Assembly: GCF_009914755.1 (NCBI RefSeq)
Contig: NC_060930.1
Strand: one strand, 5' to 3'
Source of the DNA: the human T2T-CHM13v2.0 reference genome, Homo sapiens
Length of the DNA: 64,000 bases
The notes under the pieces are model-generated. The model was not told where the DNA came from. It made no database searches and worked only from the letters and a program-made list of their open reading frames with translations. Below are positions 26,151 through 40,287 of the stretch, one piece after another (position 1 is the stretch's first letter; every line of letters starts with the position of its first letter). A program made the translations under genes and the position numbers.

Positions 26151-29100
26151 ACTACAAATCAAAACCTAGCAGGTAAAAATAGAGAGTAGCTCTCAAGCTT
26201 TTCCAGGGCAAAGACAACATCTTGTTCATCTTTATTTCCTTAGTGCCTGAGCATAGACATGACATAAGCAATTGGGGGTTGTTGAATGAATGGTTAGGAA
26301 TACATAACTTGTTTAGAAATAGGGAAAGCCTAGTATTTCTGGAAGCAGATATGCACATACTTTGGCTGTCAAGGCATCTTGATTTACTTAAACAGTACAA
26401 AAGAAAAAGTTGAGTCAGCCAATTTCCACATTCACTGATCTAAGAGGAACTCTTTTAGGTGCTGAGGTTACAGTGAAAAGCCAGTCATATATCTCGTCTA
26501 TCTCTTGTATCCCTCATATATCTCAGCCCCGCAGCAGGCCTTGTATACCCTGTGCTCTAAGTGTGTCTGTAAGGCTACAAACTCCATTTCCCAAGCTCCC
26601 AATGCTTATGGGCAGAACTGGTGGGAGAGAAAAAAGGGAGAAAATTGTTAAAGGTTTTAATGCTTTAGTTAATACCTGAAATGATAGTTATTTTCTGACA
26701 GTTTGGAAATTATGCAATCCATTATCTATTTAAGAATTCACTCAGAGGAAAGGAATAATCATATGGTTTATTACTTGTTTACAAATACGTTACATTAGGA
26801 TTGCTTTCCTAGATCCCTGAAAACCTTGAAGTACCAACCTTAGAAATGGCAGTAAAAACAGGAATTTGAAAAAATGTGCAGAGGATTTTGGGTAATATTC
26901 CAATTCAACAAAATACATAAAGCAGGCAGGAATATACCCCAATGTTCAACCATTAATTGGGAAAGGAGTCCAGGAAATCTTGCTGCATTCAAATCCAGGG
27001 TCATAGGTTGACATTGTAAATAGAAGGGGACTGCAAATGCCAGAAACCAAGTAAGAAATCTGAGTAAATACAACAATGAAAGGATACTTCTATAATAAGG
27101 GAACATGATACATAACAAAAAAGTTCACAAGAAAGTAGTCCTGGAAAGTAGTCATCGCGAAAAATTTCTGTCATAGCAACTCCCTTTAAAATGTACAAAA
27201 TAGACACTACTTATACAAGGCTGACTGAAAAATAAAGCTTCCTCATTTGAATCTATCAGACCCAATTTTGACTATCATGAGGAAAAACAAAGAATGGACT
27301 AAAACAAGTGTTCAGAGAAAAGTAGATAAATTGAATTGAATTAGTGGTTAAAGTTCTTATGAATAATTGAGGAAATGGTACCAGATAGGTTTGGGAAATT
27401 ATTAGAAGATAAGAAGACCAATACTGTCAAATAGTTACAGGACACTTTTAAAATATAGTCTTTATTATTAAACAATTATAATTCCTTTATTTGGAGGTTT
27501 CCATTAACAAAGTGTTAATCTCCATTTCTCTACCAGTTAGCAACATTTTCAGAGTTTTTACTTAGCACTTCTTATTTGTATAAGCAGATCCTCAGAATCC
27601 TAGGAGTTAAGTTGTCATTCCTACCTTTTTTTTTCTCTCACTAAAGGAAGAGGCAGAGAAAGTCTTTTGCAGAATTATATACGTCTTTGCCAAAATTAAG
27701 AACAAATCCAAGAGTGCCATTCATCAAAAGCTTTTTTCATTATAACCATTCATTCTATCGAAGTAGAAAAAGTGCTATAACCATTTACTATTCAAGCAAA
27801 GGGAGAAAAAAGAAAATAGAAGATTTCTGCGCTGCTTCAGTTACAGAAATGAAATAGAATGGCAGACTAGTCACCACTAAAATTCCTAAAAGCAATTTAA
27901 GAAAATATGAAAAGTGGCATTTTATTGTGCTTTATATACTGCTTATATCTCAACTAAGTAGTTTACTTTACTAGATCTAATTTCATTGGAAAATAACTTT
28001 TTTGGCCATCCTTTCAATAGGCTACAGATAAACTCATTTTATAATTCAGCTATTTATAAACACATACCACTGTTTTATAGAAAAGTGGAGTATCTAAAAG
28101 ACTGTAAGCAAAATGATTTTATTTGATATTATATAATACACCAGATAAAGTTTCCTAGATAATATTTTGATTATAAAATATCATGGCTCCCCAGTGCTTA
28201 CTGAATAAAATTTAAACTTTTTGCTCTGGCACTGAAGGCCCCTACAATGTCCCTATCTCTTAAAATTTGCTTTATTTACTCAATTGGACAAAGTTGTTGT
28301 GAGTCCATTCAGCTTTCTAACATGTCACCCTGTCCATATAATAACAGCTTGCACAGCTGGAAGCATCCTTTTCCTTCTCTGAATTTCTACAAGCCTCAGT
28401 TTACCACTCATAAGGCATTTATCATTACACTGCCTTATTTGTGTGCAAGTCTTACCAACCTGACTGTACTAAAGACCTAAGCCTAAGTGTGTATACACAC
28501 ACACACACACACACACAAATAGAGGCTTTATTTCTTCCCTTTTCTAGCATAGCAGACACTGAAAAGTACTTTTCTACAATATTTCCCTCCTCTACAGAGA
28601 AGACTTTTAGGCTTGGAGGCGCAGGAGTGAAAGGAGGCACAGTGGTCCTTAGTTAATCTCAGGAAGTTATATTTGTATAATGCTTTCTGGTTTGTAAAAG
28701 GCTTTCACATATATCTCTTCATGTAACATCAGAAACAAATATCACAGAAAAGTTAACAGAGTTGTCTGTAATGAGTTTGAGTGTGTAAAATCAGAGCTAT
28801 TTAGCAAATATTTAGGAGAAGTGAAAAAGGAGAAAAGGAAATGGCTAGCTTTGTGGAAATAACATAAATAAAGCTGATTTTAAAGAAATTTGAAAAGGCT
28901 AGAAAAGATTGAGCAGAGAAAGTCTACAGAACTTTGGAATTCTAAAGAAGTTTTAAATTAGACTGAAAAGGAGATAATGAAGGCAATAAAAGATTGTAGG
29001 GAATTAATAAAGGGAGAGCTCTACGGTTTTGTAAGTCTCTGGTCAGCCTGTGGTATTTCAGAGGAGAAATCCAGAAAGGGTATTTGAGGATAGACAAGAA

Positions 29101-29310
29101 CACGATGCTGGTGACTGAATAAAACATGGTCAGGGATTTCATCAGAAGCAGAATCCATTCATGACAGTCTGGCAATGCTGGAAGATGGTAATAGGCACTT
29201 GAGCACTTCGGAAGAAATCAGTCTTTAAGCATCGCAGGTGATTTGGGTGAAAGCAGAAGATATCAAAAAATTCTTATTTCTTGTGAATAACTCACAGCAT
29301 TGAGCCTTGA

Positions 29311-29751
<441 letters not shown>

Positions 29752-30853
29752 TAGGCTGCCTCTAACCTGATCTTCCTGTCCCCAACTGACAGGGCAGTTT
29801 TGAAACCATGAATAATAATTATAAATATTTGTTATGAATCTTCGGACCTGGAGAAAGTTTAAGCTTAGCTGGCATAAGCCTTGATGCACAGTCAGCTATA
29901 AACTGGGGAAGAGGGACACAGATGACGTCTTAGCACTTGGTCGGCCCAAGATAACTAAAAGGTAAGAAACAAGATGGTAAGTGTTACAGAATGTGTTCAA
30001 AATTCATAATAATCATTTTGATCTAACTCAGTAAGTTGATTTTTATTTACCTGAATGTGAAAGACTCCCCCTAAAGAGTAGCAAAATTAATGTAAACTAA
30101 CATAATTAACATTGACCAGACAGTGGAGTTCTATGGATGGAGCAATCTCACAGTGTCTTAATGATAAAGAAGCTGTTTAAGGCATTCTTCTCATCTCTAC
30201 TATCATGGTAGAGAAATATGGATTCCCCCACCCCAATTCTGAAAACAGTATGTACGTGGCAACAAATACACTAGATTGGCCCAGAATCTAGAACCTCAGA
30301 GAATAATACATAAATTCAAATGGCATAAGTTAGAAATTTCTCAGAAATATAGACAACATCAAATTTTTGGTACAAAGGCCATTTTACTGGTACATTTAAT
30401 AAATGTTTATTAGCACCTATCATACAAGGCACAAAGAAGAGTAAAAGACCTCATGGATCTGACCAATTTGTGAAAGATTCATTAGAGGCAAAATGAATGG
30501 TCAGAGCAGCAGCCCCCCACATCAGAGCCATCCAACCAGATGTCCTAAAGTGCTGGCTGAGGGCAATTAACAAGTCCAGAAGGCCATTTAAATACACTGG
30601 GTGAGAACAAACTATTTTAGGTCCTACAACTTCCAGACCACTCTCCCATGGCCTCTTATCAAATGACTTCTTCCAATCACTTTCTAGAATGTAGAAGATA
30701 ACTCATCATCTCAGCCAGACTACATTTTCTAATACCCGATGATGTATAGTGGTAAATAAAGCCCTGGTCCACAATTTCTGTAACCATTAAGGGCTCCAGG
30801 GTGGCTTCAGTTCAGTGACAAATGAGCACCAATGTTGGCATGAATACCATGGG

Positions 30854-31713
30854 TCACTGTGAAAGAGTTTTTTTCCCTACATGGCTTCTCTGATGTTGAA
30901 CAAGGTATGAAGTTCGAGTGAAACCTTTTCCACATGTGTCACACTGATAGGGTTTCTCACCAGTGTGGATTTTCTGATGTTCAATAAGACTTCTATTCCG
31001 TGTGAAACTTCTCTCACACTCATTACATTTATAAGACACGGGAGCCTCAGTATTTTCCCACTGGCTTTCCGTCCTACCCTGACTTTCCCAGGACTCCCCG
31101 TGCTCAGGATTCTGAACATTTTTATCACCATGAATCCTCTGATGTCTCAGGAGATGTGAATTCCGCCTAAAGGCTTTGCCACACATATTGCACTGGTATG
31201 GCTTCTCCCCAGTATGAATTTTGTGATGTTCAAGGAGGCTGCAGCTCTGGCTGAAGGTCTTCCCACAGTCATCACACTCATAGGGCTTCTCCCCAGTGTG
31301 GGTTCTCTGGTGTTTGATAAGGTTTGAGCTGTGACTGAAGACCTTACCACATTCTTCACACTCATATGGCTTCTCACCAGTGTGGACTCTCTGATGAATG
31401 ACAAGGGCAGAGCTCCCAATGAAGGTCTTTCCACAGTCTTCACATTCATAGGGTTTCTCACCAGTGTGGATTCTCCTGTGTTTAGTCAGGCCTGAACTTT
31501 GAGCAAAACTCTTTCCACATTCATGGCAATAATGTCGCCTACTCCCTATGGCATTTTTCTGCTTTCTTTGTAACCTGCCCTCCTGTTCACCAGCTTCTGC
31601 ATGTGTAGGAATCTGGGCAATGTCTTCCCTCAGGTGGCATATCTTCCCATGCTCCTTTTCTGGAAGCTTCTTGACTGGAGGCAAGTCCCTGCTCTTAGTC
31701 TGTATTTCACCAC
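30854..31713 (-). CDS. ZKSCAN4: ZKSCAN4 (ZNF307) last coding exon: seven C2H2 zinc fingers (5+2)
   Basis: Acceptor GTTTCAG|GT at 31713; TGEKPY-linked fingers; total CDS 423+148+83+124+860=1638 nt = 545 aa. Confidence 0.96.
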
Positions 31714-32699
31714 CTGAAACAACAAATGGCCGGCAACTGTGGGTTATGCCCTGCCATGGGAGGAAAGCTCTGTGATGAGTACTAGGGAGACAAGAATTAC
31801 AGAAGTCTATATATGCCCAGGATGAGGATTTAAGTGCTAGAATAAGAATGGGAATAAAAAGGGAGAACAGGGGTGCTGGGGAGGAAGGAGGCCTGAGAAT
31901 GAGAATGGGGCCATTGGAAGGGTACAAACTGGGAGTGGAGGGAAAATGGTGAGGACCCAGGACTATGCAGGGGACATATGTGATGGTTCTAAGCTCTAAG
32001 AATAGTAAGCAGGGCCATGCACCTAGGATTAGATTTTGAAAGGGGTGAGCAGAGGGTGACAGTAACAGGGCAAGTGGAAGGATTTCTGAAGCACCTGCAA
32101 GAAATGGCAAAAGCAAAGAAACTGGTGATCGATCAATGACATGGACCGTCATCTCTAACTGTGCCCAGGCAGAGGCAAAGTTCTCAAACAGAACTGGCAT
32201 TGGCGCTAGGAGTTCTGAGGTAGAGCCCCCACTGTGCCACAAATAAGCTATGAGATTTCAAACAAGTGAGGTAATCTACGCCTCTGCACCCTCACCCCTA
32301 AGGTCAGGGTCTGTAGTTGATGTCTAAGGTTGCTTCTGGCTCTCACGTTCTGAATCCATGGCCCATTTCCTGAAGAGGCCCCCCCCTCCCCGCAGCTTTC
32401 CTCTTCAGTCAGGGATAGGAACAAGAGGACATCAACATTTACTGAGCATCTCCTATGAGCCAGACCTGTACAAGGAGTTGTATCAATTTCACCCCACTTA
32501 TCCTAACTAGAACACTGGCATGACAGAGGAGAAAGCAAGGTCAGAAGGAGTAAGGAGCTAGTAGTCAGTAACAGGCTTTCAGGAATGGTGATTCTGAATC
32601 CAAACATAATGGGGGCTTAACAGCTTCTAACAGCCCAATAGGTTCTAATACGCAAAGAATGCCAAGAAATCTTAAGACAAATTAGTGTCTCAGTCTTAC

Positions 32700-32823
32700 C
32701 AAGGGAGACCAGGCTGCTATGGTTCTCCTGCTTTTCATCTCTGTAGAGGTTCACCTGAGATGAATCCAGCTGTGTCCACCCAGGAGTGAGGGTCAGGGCC
32801 ACATCTTCCATTTTCAGCAAACC
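32700..32823 (-). CDS. ZKSCAN4: ZKSCAN4 exon 4: divergent KRAB-A box
   Basis: TTTTAG|GGT..CTTG|GTAAG; GLLKMEDVALTLTPGWTQLDSSQVNLYRDEKQENHSSLVSL. Confidence 0.93.
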
Positions 32824-33798
32824 CTAAAACAATAGGTAGTCCTAACTAGCTCCTCTTGCCCAAAATTACCCCCAAAGCAAAGAATGAACATCCCCTTTAA
32901 AGAGGCTCTTTAAAAAGGAGCAAGTGTGGCACACCTACACCAATTTAGCTTTATCTCTAATAACATCTTAATCAAGAAAACCTGCCAAATGAAAGAAATA
33001 TTACACACATTTTAGGATAAGTACTTTCATATAAATATCTAAACAGTCCAGAAAGTAAAAAGGTTTGGAAGACAAGGGTCAATGCAGCAAAAGGAATGGA
33101 ACTATGTCCAAAATTTTCAAAAGATTTGCAGTATGCTTTGGCAAAGTGAGAGTAGGGGTTCATTTACATTAATAGCTTCAAAAATACAATGAAATCTAGA
33201 ACTGAAGTGAGAAAAATTAGGGGAAAAAAAAGGATACTACACAGCCTCAAACACTGAGATCTTCAAGCAGGACAGGAAAGGCTGAGTAGTAAATTGAAAT
33301 CTAGGTTGAGAAAAGATTGTTCATATTGTAATATAAATAACTTCAAGATAACTATGCCTTATCTGACCTTTCAAGTATAAGTTCTTTGAGGGCAAGGGCC
33401 AGGCCTTTATATCCCTCACCAACAGCACAGCTTATTGTATCTTAAAAAGCAAAACAGAATGACCATCCCAACAAAACCTTCAGTTTGCTTTTGCGGAACT
33501 GCCCTTGTTGAAGGAGAAAAATCACATTGAAGAAGAGGCTGACCGAAGAAATGTAGGAGGAAAGATCTGAGAAGTACAAAGAAAACTCCAAGGTGGTTGT
33601 GAAACAGGAAAGTCCTCTTAGGTGGGCACCAAAATGAAGGTGGACAATTATATGCAACTTTGGGATAGATGAGAAAACTCAAATTCATGTAGATCTAGGA
33701 TAGGGGTGGGGTAGGACTGGGGAGGGAGGAACTTAATGCGGAGCCCAACAGTAGTGAAAGGTATGGGGCGCTGGGGAGGGAGAGGAGCTCCAGCTCAC

Positions 33799-33881
33799 CT
33801 GGGACCCTGGAGTGAGCCTGGAAGCTACCATTGCATCTTCTCTGCAGCACCCTCCCTGGGCAAGCCCAGGAACCTGGAGAA
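33799..33881 (-). CDS. ZKSCAN4: ZKSCAN4 exon 3 (83 nt)
   Basis: TTTCTTAG|TT..CAG|GTGAGC; VLQVPGLAQGGCCREDAMVASRLTPGSQ; restores phase 1 to 0. Confidence 0.88.
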
Positions 33882-34278
33882 CTAAGAAAGAAAGAAGCTC
33901 TGGATGAGAACTACCCTAGTATTCAGCCTCCCCACCTTGCAAAATCCAAGTTCAAAAACTGGGGCAGTAAGTTCTTGCCAATAAGTTTATACAGAATGTG
34001 TTCCTTTCAAAAATGCCTGATTCCCACCAGCTCCAGCCCTAGGGCCGAAAGAAGTCTGGTGCACTCTGCAGATATACAAAAACCACGTGCAGAATCGTTG
34101 GTAGGAGTGGTGAAATGAATGCAACATAACAAAGCTTTCCATTTGAAGACCTTTGGGTTTTGAATTTTGCTAGGAGATGGGGAGTAAAGAGGGTTTTTTG
34201 TTTTTGTTTTGTTTTGGTTAAAATGTCTTTAGTAGATATTAGGATGCTTTCCACTTCAGGTATGAAAAACTAGGAGGA

Positions 34279-34596
34279 GGCCAGGCACAGTGGCTCATCC
34301 CTGTAATCGCAGCACTTTGGGAGGCTGAGACAGGTGGGTTGCCTGAGTTCCGGAATTCGAGACCATCCTGGGCAACCTGGAGAAACCTGTCTGAACCAAA
34401 ATTACAAAAAATTAGCAGGTGTAGTGGCATGGGCCTGTGCTCCCAGCTACTCAGGAGGCTGAGGTGGGAGGATTGCTTGAGCCTGGGAGACAGGTTGCAG
34501 TGAGACAAGGTCTCACCACTGCACTCCAGCCTGGATAACAGAGTGAGACCCCCATCTCAAAAAAAAAAAAAAAAAAGAAAAAAGAAAAAGAAAAAC
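34279..34596 (+). mobile_element. Alu SINE
   Basis: Full dimer; TSD GAAAAACTAGGAGGA. Confidence 0.95.
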
Positions 34597-35418
34597 TAGG
34601 AGGAGTCAAATAAGGCTGGGTCCAGAAAGGAGGCAATGGAAGACTGGAAGACTGCTTAAATAGAACTTGCTCAGACTCAGAAGCAGAAGAAACCTTAGGT
34701 TTCCCTACAATAAGTCAATTTGCAAGGGGCAGAAAATAAGTTGGTTTAGGCCAGAAACTCTGCTGAGAAATAAAGATTGCATGTTGGATGGCATGTCCAA
34801 GTGTTGTATGTCTTAGGAATCGGCCCAGATGTTCACAGCAGATGAGGAACAGCATGGAACACACAGCTGCTTCCTATTAAGTGATTTTCACTCTTCTAGT
34901 CACAGGCTTTACAGGGTTTAGATTTACACTCTTCTATTTGCAGCAGTCCTACTATCTCTGGAATGTTCTGGCTGGCTTTACAAATTCTGCCTTATTTTCT
35001 TCATAGCACTTAACAATATCTAAAATTATATTATTAATTTATTTTCTATCCTCCCTGCTAGAATGTAAGCTCCATCAAAGCAAGAATTCTGTCTTATTGG
35101 TGGCTCTCTCCCCAGTGCCTACAACACTGGCTACCATAGATGAAGGCTCCCTAAATATATCTAATGAATGGAGATCACCATGTTGTTTAAAAAACCGATT
35201 CTTTCTAGACATCAATTTTAATAAAATCAGATTTACTATGTCCTAGTTTGGTTAGGAAAGTTTTTCACCATTGTTTGAAATTTCTCTTAGTCTCAGTCTT
35301 AAAATACAGCTCTCTGTGATGAGTATATAAAGTAACTGTAAATGGATCTTTTAGGTGATCCTTAAATGAAATTGGATGAAGTCTATAGAATTCATACAAC
35401 CCAGAAGAGAATACTCAC

Positions 35419-35566
35419 CTCTATCGTGTAAGGGCTGGGATCCCAGAGATTCATGCTTGAACAGAGCCTTCATTGGCTGGCACTGGCTACTTTGAGACCC
35501 TTGAGTTTGTGTCAATAGTGCCATCTTGCAACAGAGCAGTTCTTGCCCCTGGTCACCAACGGGAAC
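35419..35566 (-). CDS. ZKSCAN4: ZKSCAN4 exon 2 (148 nt)
   Basis: TTCTAG|GTT..AGAG|GTGAGT; VPVGDQGQELLCCKMALLTQTQ; same length and phase as the ZSCAN9 linker exon. Confidence 0.9.
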
Positions 35567-35766
35567 CTAGAAGTCACGATTTTTAGTTATCTACCCAACA
35601 TTTCTATGTTTTCCATGTGCAAGTGATTTCTATTTTCTAGGCACTGTTTCTACAAGCCTTATGATATTAACACAATTAATATAGATAACAACCCTGTGAG
35701 CTATTATTTTGGATTTTTATGATAAGTTGCTGAAAACGGAGATGTGGCCCGGATCCTCTCTCCTGA

Positions 35767-36100
<334 letters not shown>

Positions 36101-37293
36101 AAGGGTGGACAGTGTTTAAGCAGCTTGCCCATGTCACCCAGCTAATAAGTGGAAATGCTAGGATGGGAGCTCAGACAGAATGACTCCAGATCCCGTGTTC
36201 TTACCATTACTCTAGGCTCCCTCATTATATACATCTGTGTGTTTACGAAAACCCTTTGGACACTGGTGCTAAATTCTCAAAGAATACTAATATATTTTCT
36301 AATCTGAAAAATGAGGATAATAATTTCTACTTTATGAGGTTTTGGAGACCAGTAAATAAGATCACAGTATGTGACATCACCTAACACAGGGCCTGGCACA
36401 TAGTTATGTCCTCATTAAAAGCAGGTTTCCTTCCAGACATTGATAGTTAAATTACAGTTTTCAAGTTACTGTCTCACGTGCAGCTCAGAATTTCCCACAT
36501 ATTTTATGAAGAATGAAGCTAAGAGATTTGCAATGACTTCCCACTGCTACAGGGCTTGCGTGCAATAGACCTAAGTCAAGAACCTTGGTATCCAGCTCAC
36601 CAGTTAGAAGATTTGGCCACACAGGTCCTCTGAAGTTGTGTGCACAGGGACACAGGACGATGCAAAGAGGAAACAGTCCCTCATAAAACAGGGAAGAACA
36701 TGGAGGTAAAAATAGGCCCACTTTCTACCAGAGGTTCATAACCAGTGGTCCATGGACTTTCTCCCAAGTGGTCCATGAACTTAGAAAGGACAAAAACTAA
36801 TCTTATTTTTACTGGTCTTTAAGAGAGAGTTAACATTTCCTTCAATTATGAATGGAAGCAACAAATCAAGGTAGCATAAGCAGTACCCAGGACTTTGTCA
36901 CCAACAAAACCTGCACGTTTTCACACCACATTACAACCAGGCAAATAGATGCTTATCGCCATTTTGAAATTGCCAATTATAAGCCCTGTCCCTAGGTCTT
37001 ATTATTTAGTGCAGTAATAAAAATCCACATATATGACTTTAATACAAATTTAATTCTTTGCTAACTGTATGTCAATATAGTTGTGTTCTTTTGTAATCCT
37101 TTATAGTTTCTTTATATATTTAAAAATATAATTCTGAGAAGGAGTCCAGGGACTTCACCTTACTGCCAAGGAGGTTCACAGTACAAAAAGAGATGAAGAA
37201 CTCCTGGACCTTAAAGGAATGCCCCTCGCTCCGATCTGGGATTTCAGGAGGAAACAGACCACAGCGCTCAGATACTAAACCTGTTCTTTCTAC

Positions 37294-37716
37294 CTGCGGC
37301 GCCGGCTCATCCAGCTGCCTCTCCAAATACTCCAATAGCACCACCACCTCCTCCCCGCTCTCTGGATGCTGCTCCCGCACCCAGCTCTGCAGATTCCCCG
37401 GCAGGATGGTCAGGAACTGCTCCAGCACCAGCAGCTCCAGGATCTGCTCCTTGCTGTGCATCTCAGGCTGCAGCCATTGTCCGCAGAGTTCTCGGAGCCG
37501 GCTCAACGCCTCGCGGGGGCCCGCAGCCTCCGGGTAGCGGAAGCCTCGGAAGCGCTGGCGGGAGCGTTCGGGGCCCCGAGCAGGGCTGCAGGGTGCTCTC
37601 ACCTCCGCCGTCAAGGCGGAGGCTTCCTCCTTCTCCACCTTCACGGTCAGGAGCCCCGTCTGGTCTTCTGCAGACTGGGCGTCCAGGGCTGCGTTTTTTC
37701 TCGGTTCTCTAGCCAT
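37294..37716 (-). CDS. ZKSCAN4: ZKSCAN4 coding exon 1: SCAN domain
   Basis: [65 protein letters not shown]; donor CAG|GTAGA at 37294. Confidence 0.95.
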
Positions 37717-39308
37717 TCTGACCCAAGGCAGTACTCGGGTCTCACTCTAGTTGCGACCTGTATATCTTCAGAGGATTCTGGAAAGGTGGTAAATTTTCCA
37801 GTAGAACTGCAAGTGGTCCCCCTCCTGTCATGCCCAGGGGCCCAGGACACCCCCTGAGGCGCAGCTGCACAGATCTCTCTTATAGTCCGTGCCTTTGCAG
37901 GGTCGTCCTCTGCACCCCACTCTGAATCCCACAGTAAGTATCACCAAAGGATGTCTTTGGGAGTGAAAGTGATCACTCTCCAGACATAGGAGGGAAGTTG
38001 AGGCTGGGGCACAGGAAGTCTCGATGGGAACTAAGGCCACTTCCTGGGCGCTCTAGGAAGCTTCTCTCGGTGGTTGTCTCCGAATTAACCCATTAGCTAC
38101 CCTGTCCTTACCTCCACGCAAGGGAAGGCAGTTAAGGGATAGAGAAGGAAAGGATGACAGACCTTGGATCATAAGAAATAGGACTGAGCCTTTAAATCCT
38201 GGAAGGATGCCGCTGCGGCTCATATTTCTTTCCTATGTAAAGCTTGCTTAAGCAGCTGGCATAAAATTGACACTAAAATTGAGCTGGAAAGCAGGGGTTC
38301 CCCAGAGCCCCAAGAACCCTGGCAGGGGGACCTTTAGTCTCTCTCAGAAACATCAAAGCAGCAGAACACATCACCAGGCACTTGCCTGGAGCGAGCAGTG
38401 GCTGCCCTTGGTCCTTCCCCACTCACCCCCTTAATCTGTCACTTTTTTTCCTCCTCCTTAAGGCCAGACTACTCCTCCCGACCCTGACTGTAGCCCTCAC
38501 CTCCCACTAATCCTCAACACACTGTCCCACTCCCCCACTCACCACTTTGCACATTCCATGGCTGCTTCTCTGGCAATCAGGCTTATGCTGCTCTCCACCT
38601 CCAGAAACTCTCTAGTCTCTGGCTTCAGGGACCCCATTCTCTTCTGCTTTCTTCCTTCCTGTTTCTTCCCAGCCCCCAATCACAGTCAAGCACAGTGGCT
38701 AGATACGCAGGTAGCCAGGTTACCTGTGTAATCCTGGCTTACCCTCCCTGTGCCCGACTTTTCCAATCTGTAAATAGGGAAAGTAATAGTAGATAGGGAT
38801 GTTGTAGGCATTACTAGGGATTAGATAATGTTGTGAGCACTCTTGTGTAAAGTGCTTAGAACAGTGCCTGGCATGTGATAAACTAGGCCTATCCTATAAT
38901 AGAAGAAAGCCCTGAGAATTCTTTGAACTAGATGGGACTCGATTTTAAGCCATAATTGACTGTAAGTTATTTGACTGGACACTTCAGTAAGCCCCTTTCT
39001 GCCCAGTGGAATGGAGAAGCTACAAAATGCAAGTTCAGTAGTTTATGAGGGGAAAAAATATCATGTCAGTACTTTCTTGAGTTTTTCTTTCTTTGCCTAT
39101 GCCTCTACATTCCAAGGATTAAGAAATAACATAACTTAAGAAAATGAGAAGTCCCAAAGACTGTTGCAAATGAAAAATACTACAAAATATCTTTCTCTTG
39201 ATGAGCTACCACAGAAGGTAGAGGGCACTGCCCATGAAGTATCCTTATAAGTGAACTTGAATCTAAGTACTTTTCTAGATCCAAATATTTACAGAAATAA
39301 GTTAAGTT

Positions 39309-39730
39309 AGCAGTTTTCACACTCTGTGTCACACAGAATCACTGGGGAGCTTTTAAAACATCCTGATACCTAGGCTGCAACCAAGATCAATTAAATCAGA
39401 ATGTCACAGGATGGGACTCAGGCATTAATAACATTTTTTGGTTGTTTTTGTTTGTTTTGCGACAGAGTCTTGCTGTGTCACCCAGGGCTGGAGTGCAGTG
39501 GCGCAATCTTGGCTCACTGAAACCTCCACTTCCTGGGTTCAAGTGATTCTAGTGCCTCAGCCACCCGAGTAGCTGGGATTACAGACATGCGTCACCATGC
39601 TGGTCTCAAACTCCTGGCCTCAAGTGATCTGCCCACCTCAGCCTCCCAAAGTGCTGGGATTACAGGTGTGAGCCACCACGCCTGGCCAACTTTCCTAGGT
39701 GATTCCAACATGCAGGTGAGTTTGAGAGTT
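39309..39730. mobile_element. MER5-like MITE interrupted by an internally deleted Alu (-) at about 39435-39688
   Basis: CAGAATCACTGGGGAGCTTTTAAAA..AATTAAATCAGAAT; Alu lacks the linker region; CCTAGGTGATTCC..TTTGAGA resumes. Confidence 0.75.
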
Positions 39731-39800
39731 AAGGAATTAAATGACACTTTAAAAAATCAATCAGCCAAATCCAGCATGTGGGACATTCTATAGAACAGAA

Positions 39801-40287
39801 TGATGCAGGACAAGTGAGCCCCAAAATTAGGGCTTAGCTCAAAAGGATGCTTTGCTTCGCCCAGGGAAGAGTTCAAGGGCAAGCCAGTGGTATTAGGCAG
39901 CAACTTTTATTGAAGTGTCAGTGTACAGCAGCAGCAGAGGTACTGCTCCTTACAGAGCAGGGCTACCCCCTAGGCAGTGTGCTCAGACTAGCAGCTCAAA
40001 AGCAGTTCTGCAGTCACATTTATACCTACATTTAATTATATGCAAATTAAGCACCAGATTATGCAGAAATTTCTAGAAAAGGGGTATTACCTTCTGAGTC
40101 ACTTGGTCATGGCCATGGAAAGGGGTGGCAACTTCCCTGTGTTGCCATGGCAATGGTAACTGACATTGCACACTGGTGGGTATGTCTGGTGGAGAGGTGA
40201 TACTGCCTCTTCCCTCTTTTAGCTAGTCCTCAATTTGGTCAGGTGTTGGAGCCCCACTTCTGGAGTTGAATTCTGCCTCCTACCTCA
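39801..40287 (-). mobile_element. MER51-like ERV1 3' LTR
   Basis: Minus strand TGAGGTAGGAGGCAG...TCCTGCATCA, preceded by polypurine tract GAGGGAGGAA; TTTATT at about 39906. Confidence 0.8.

Noticed and set aside
30854-32242. 462-aa ORF as a standalone intronless gene
   Set aside because: Its C-terminal part is the spliced ZKSCAN4 last exon; the listed start is not ATG
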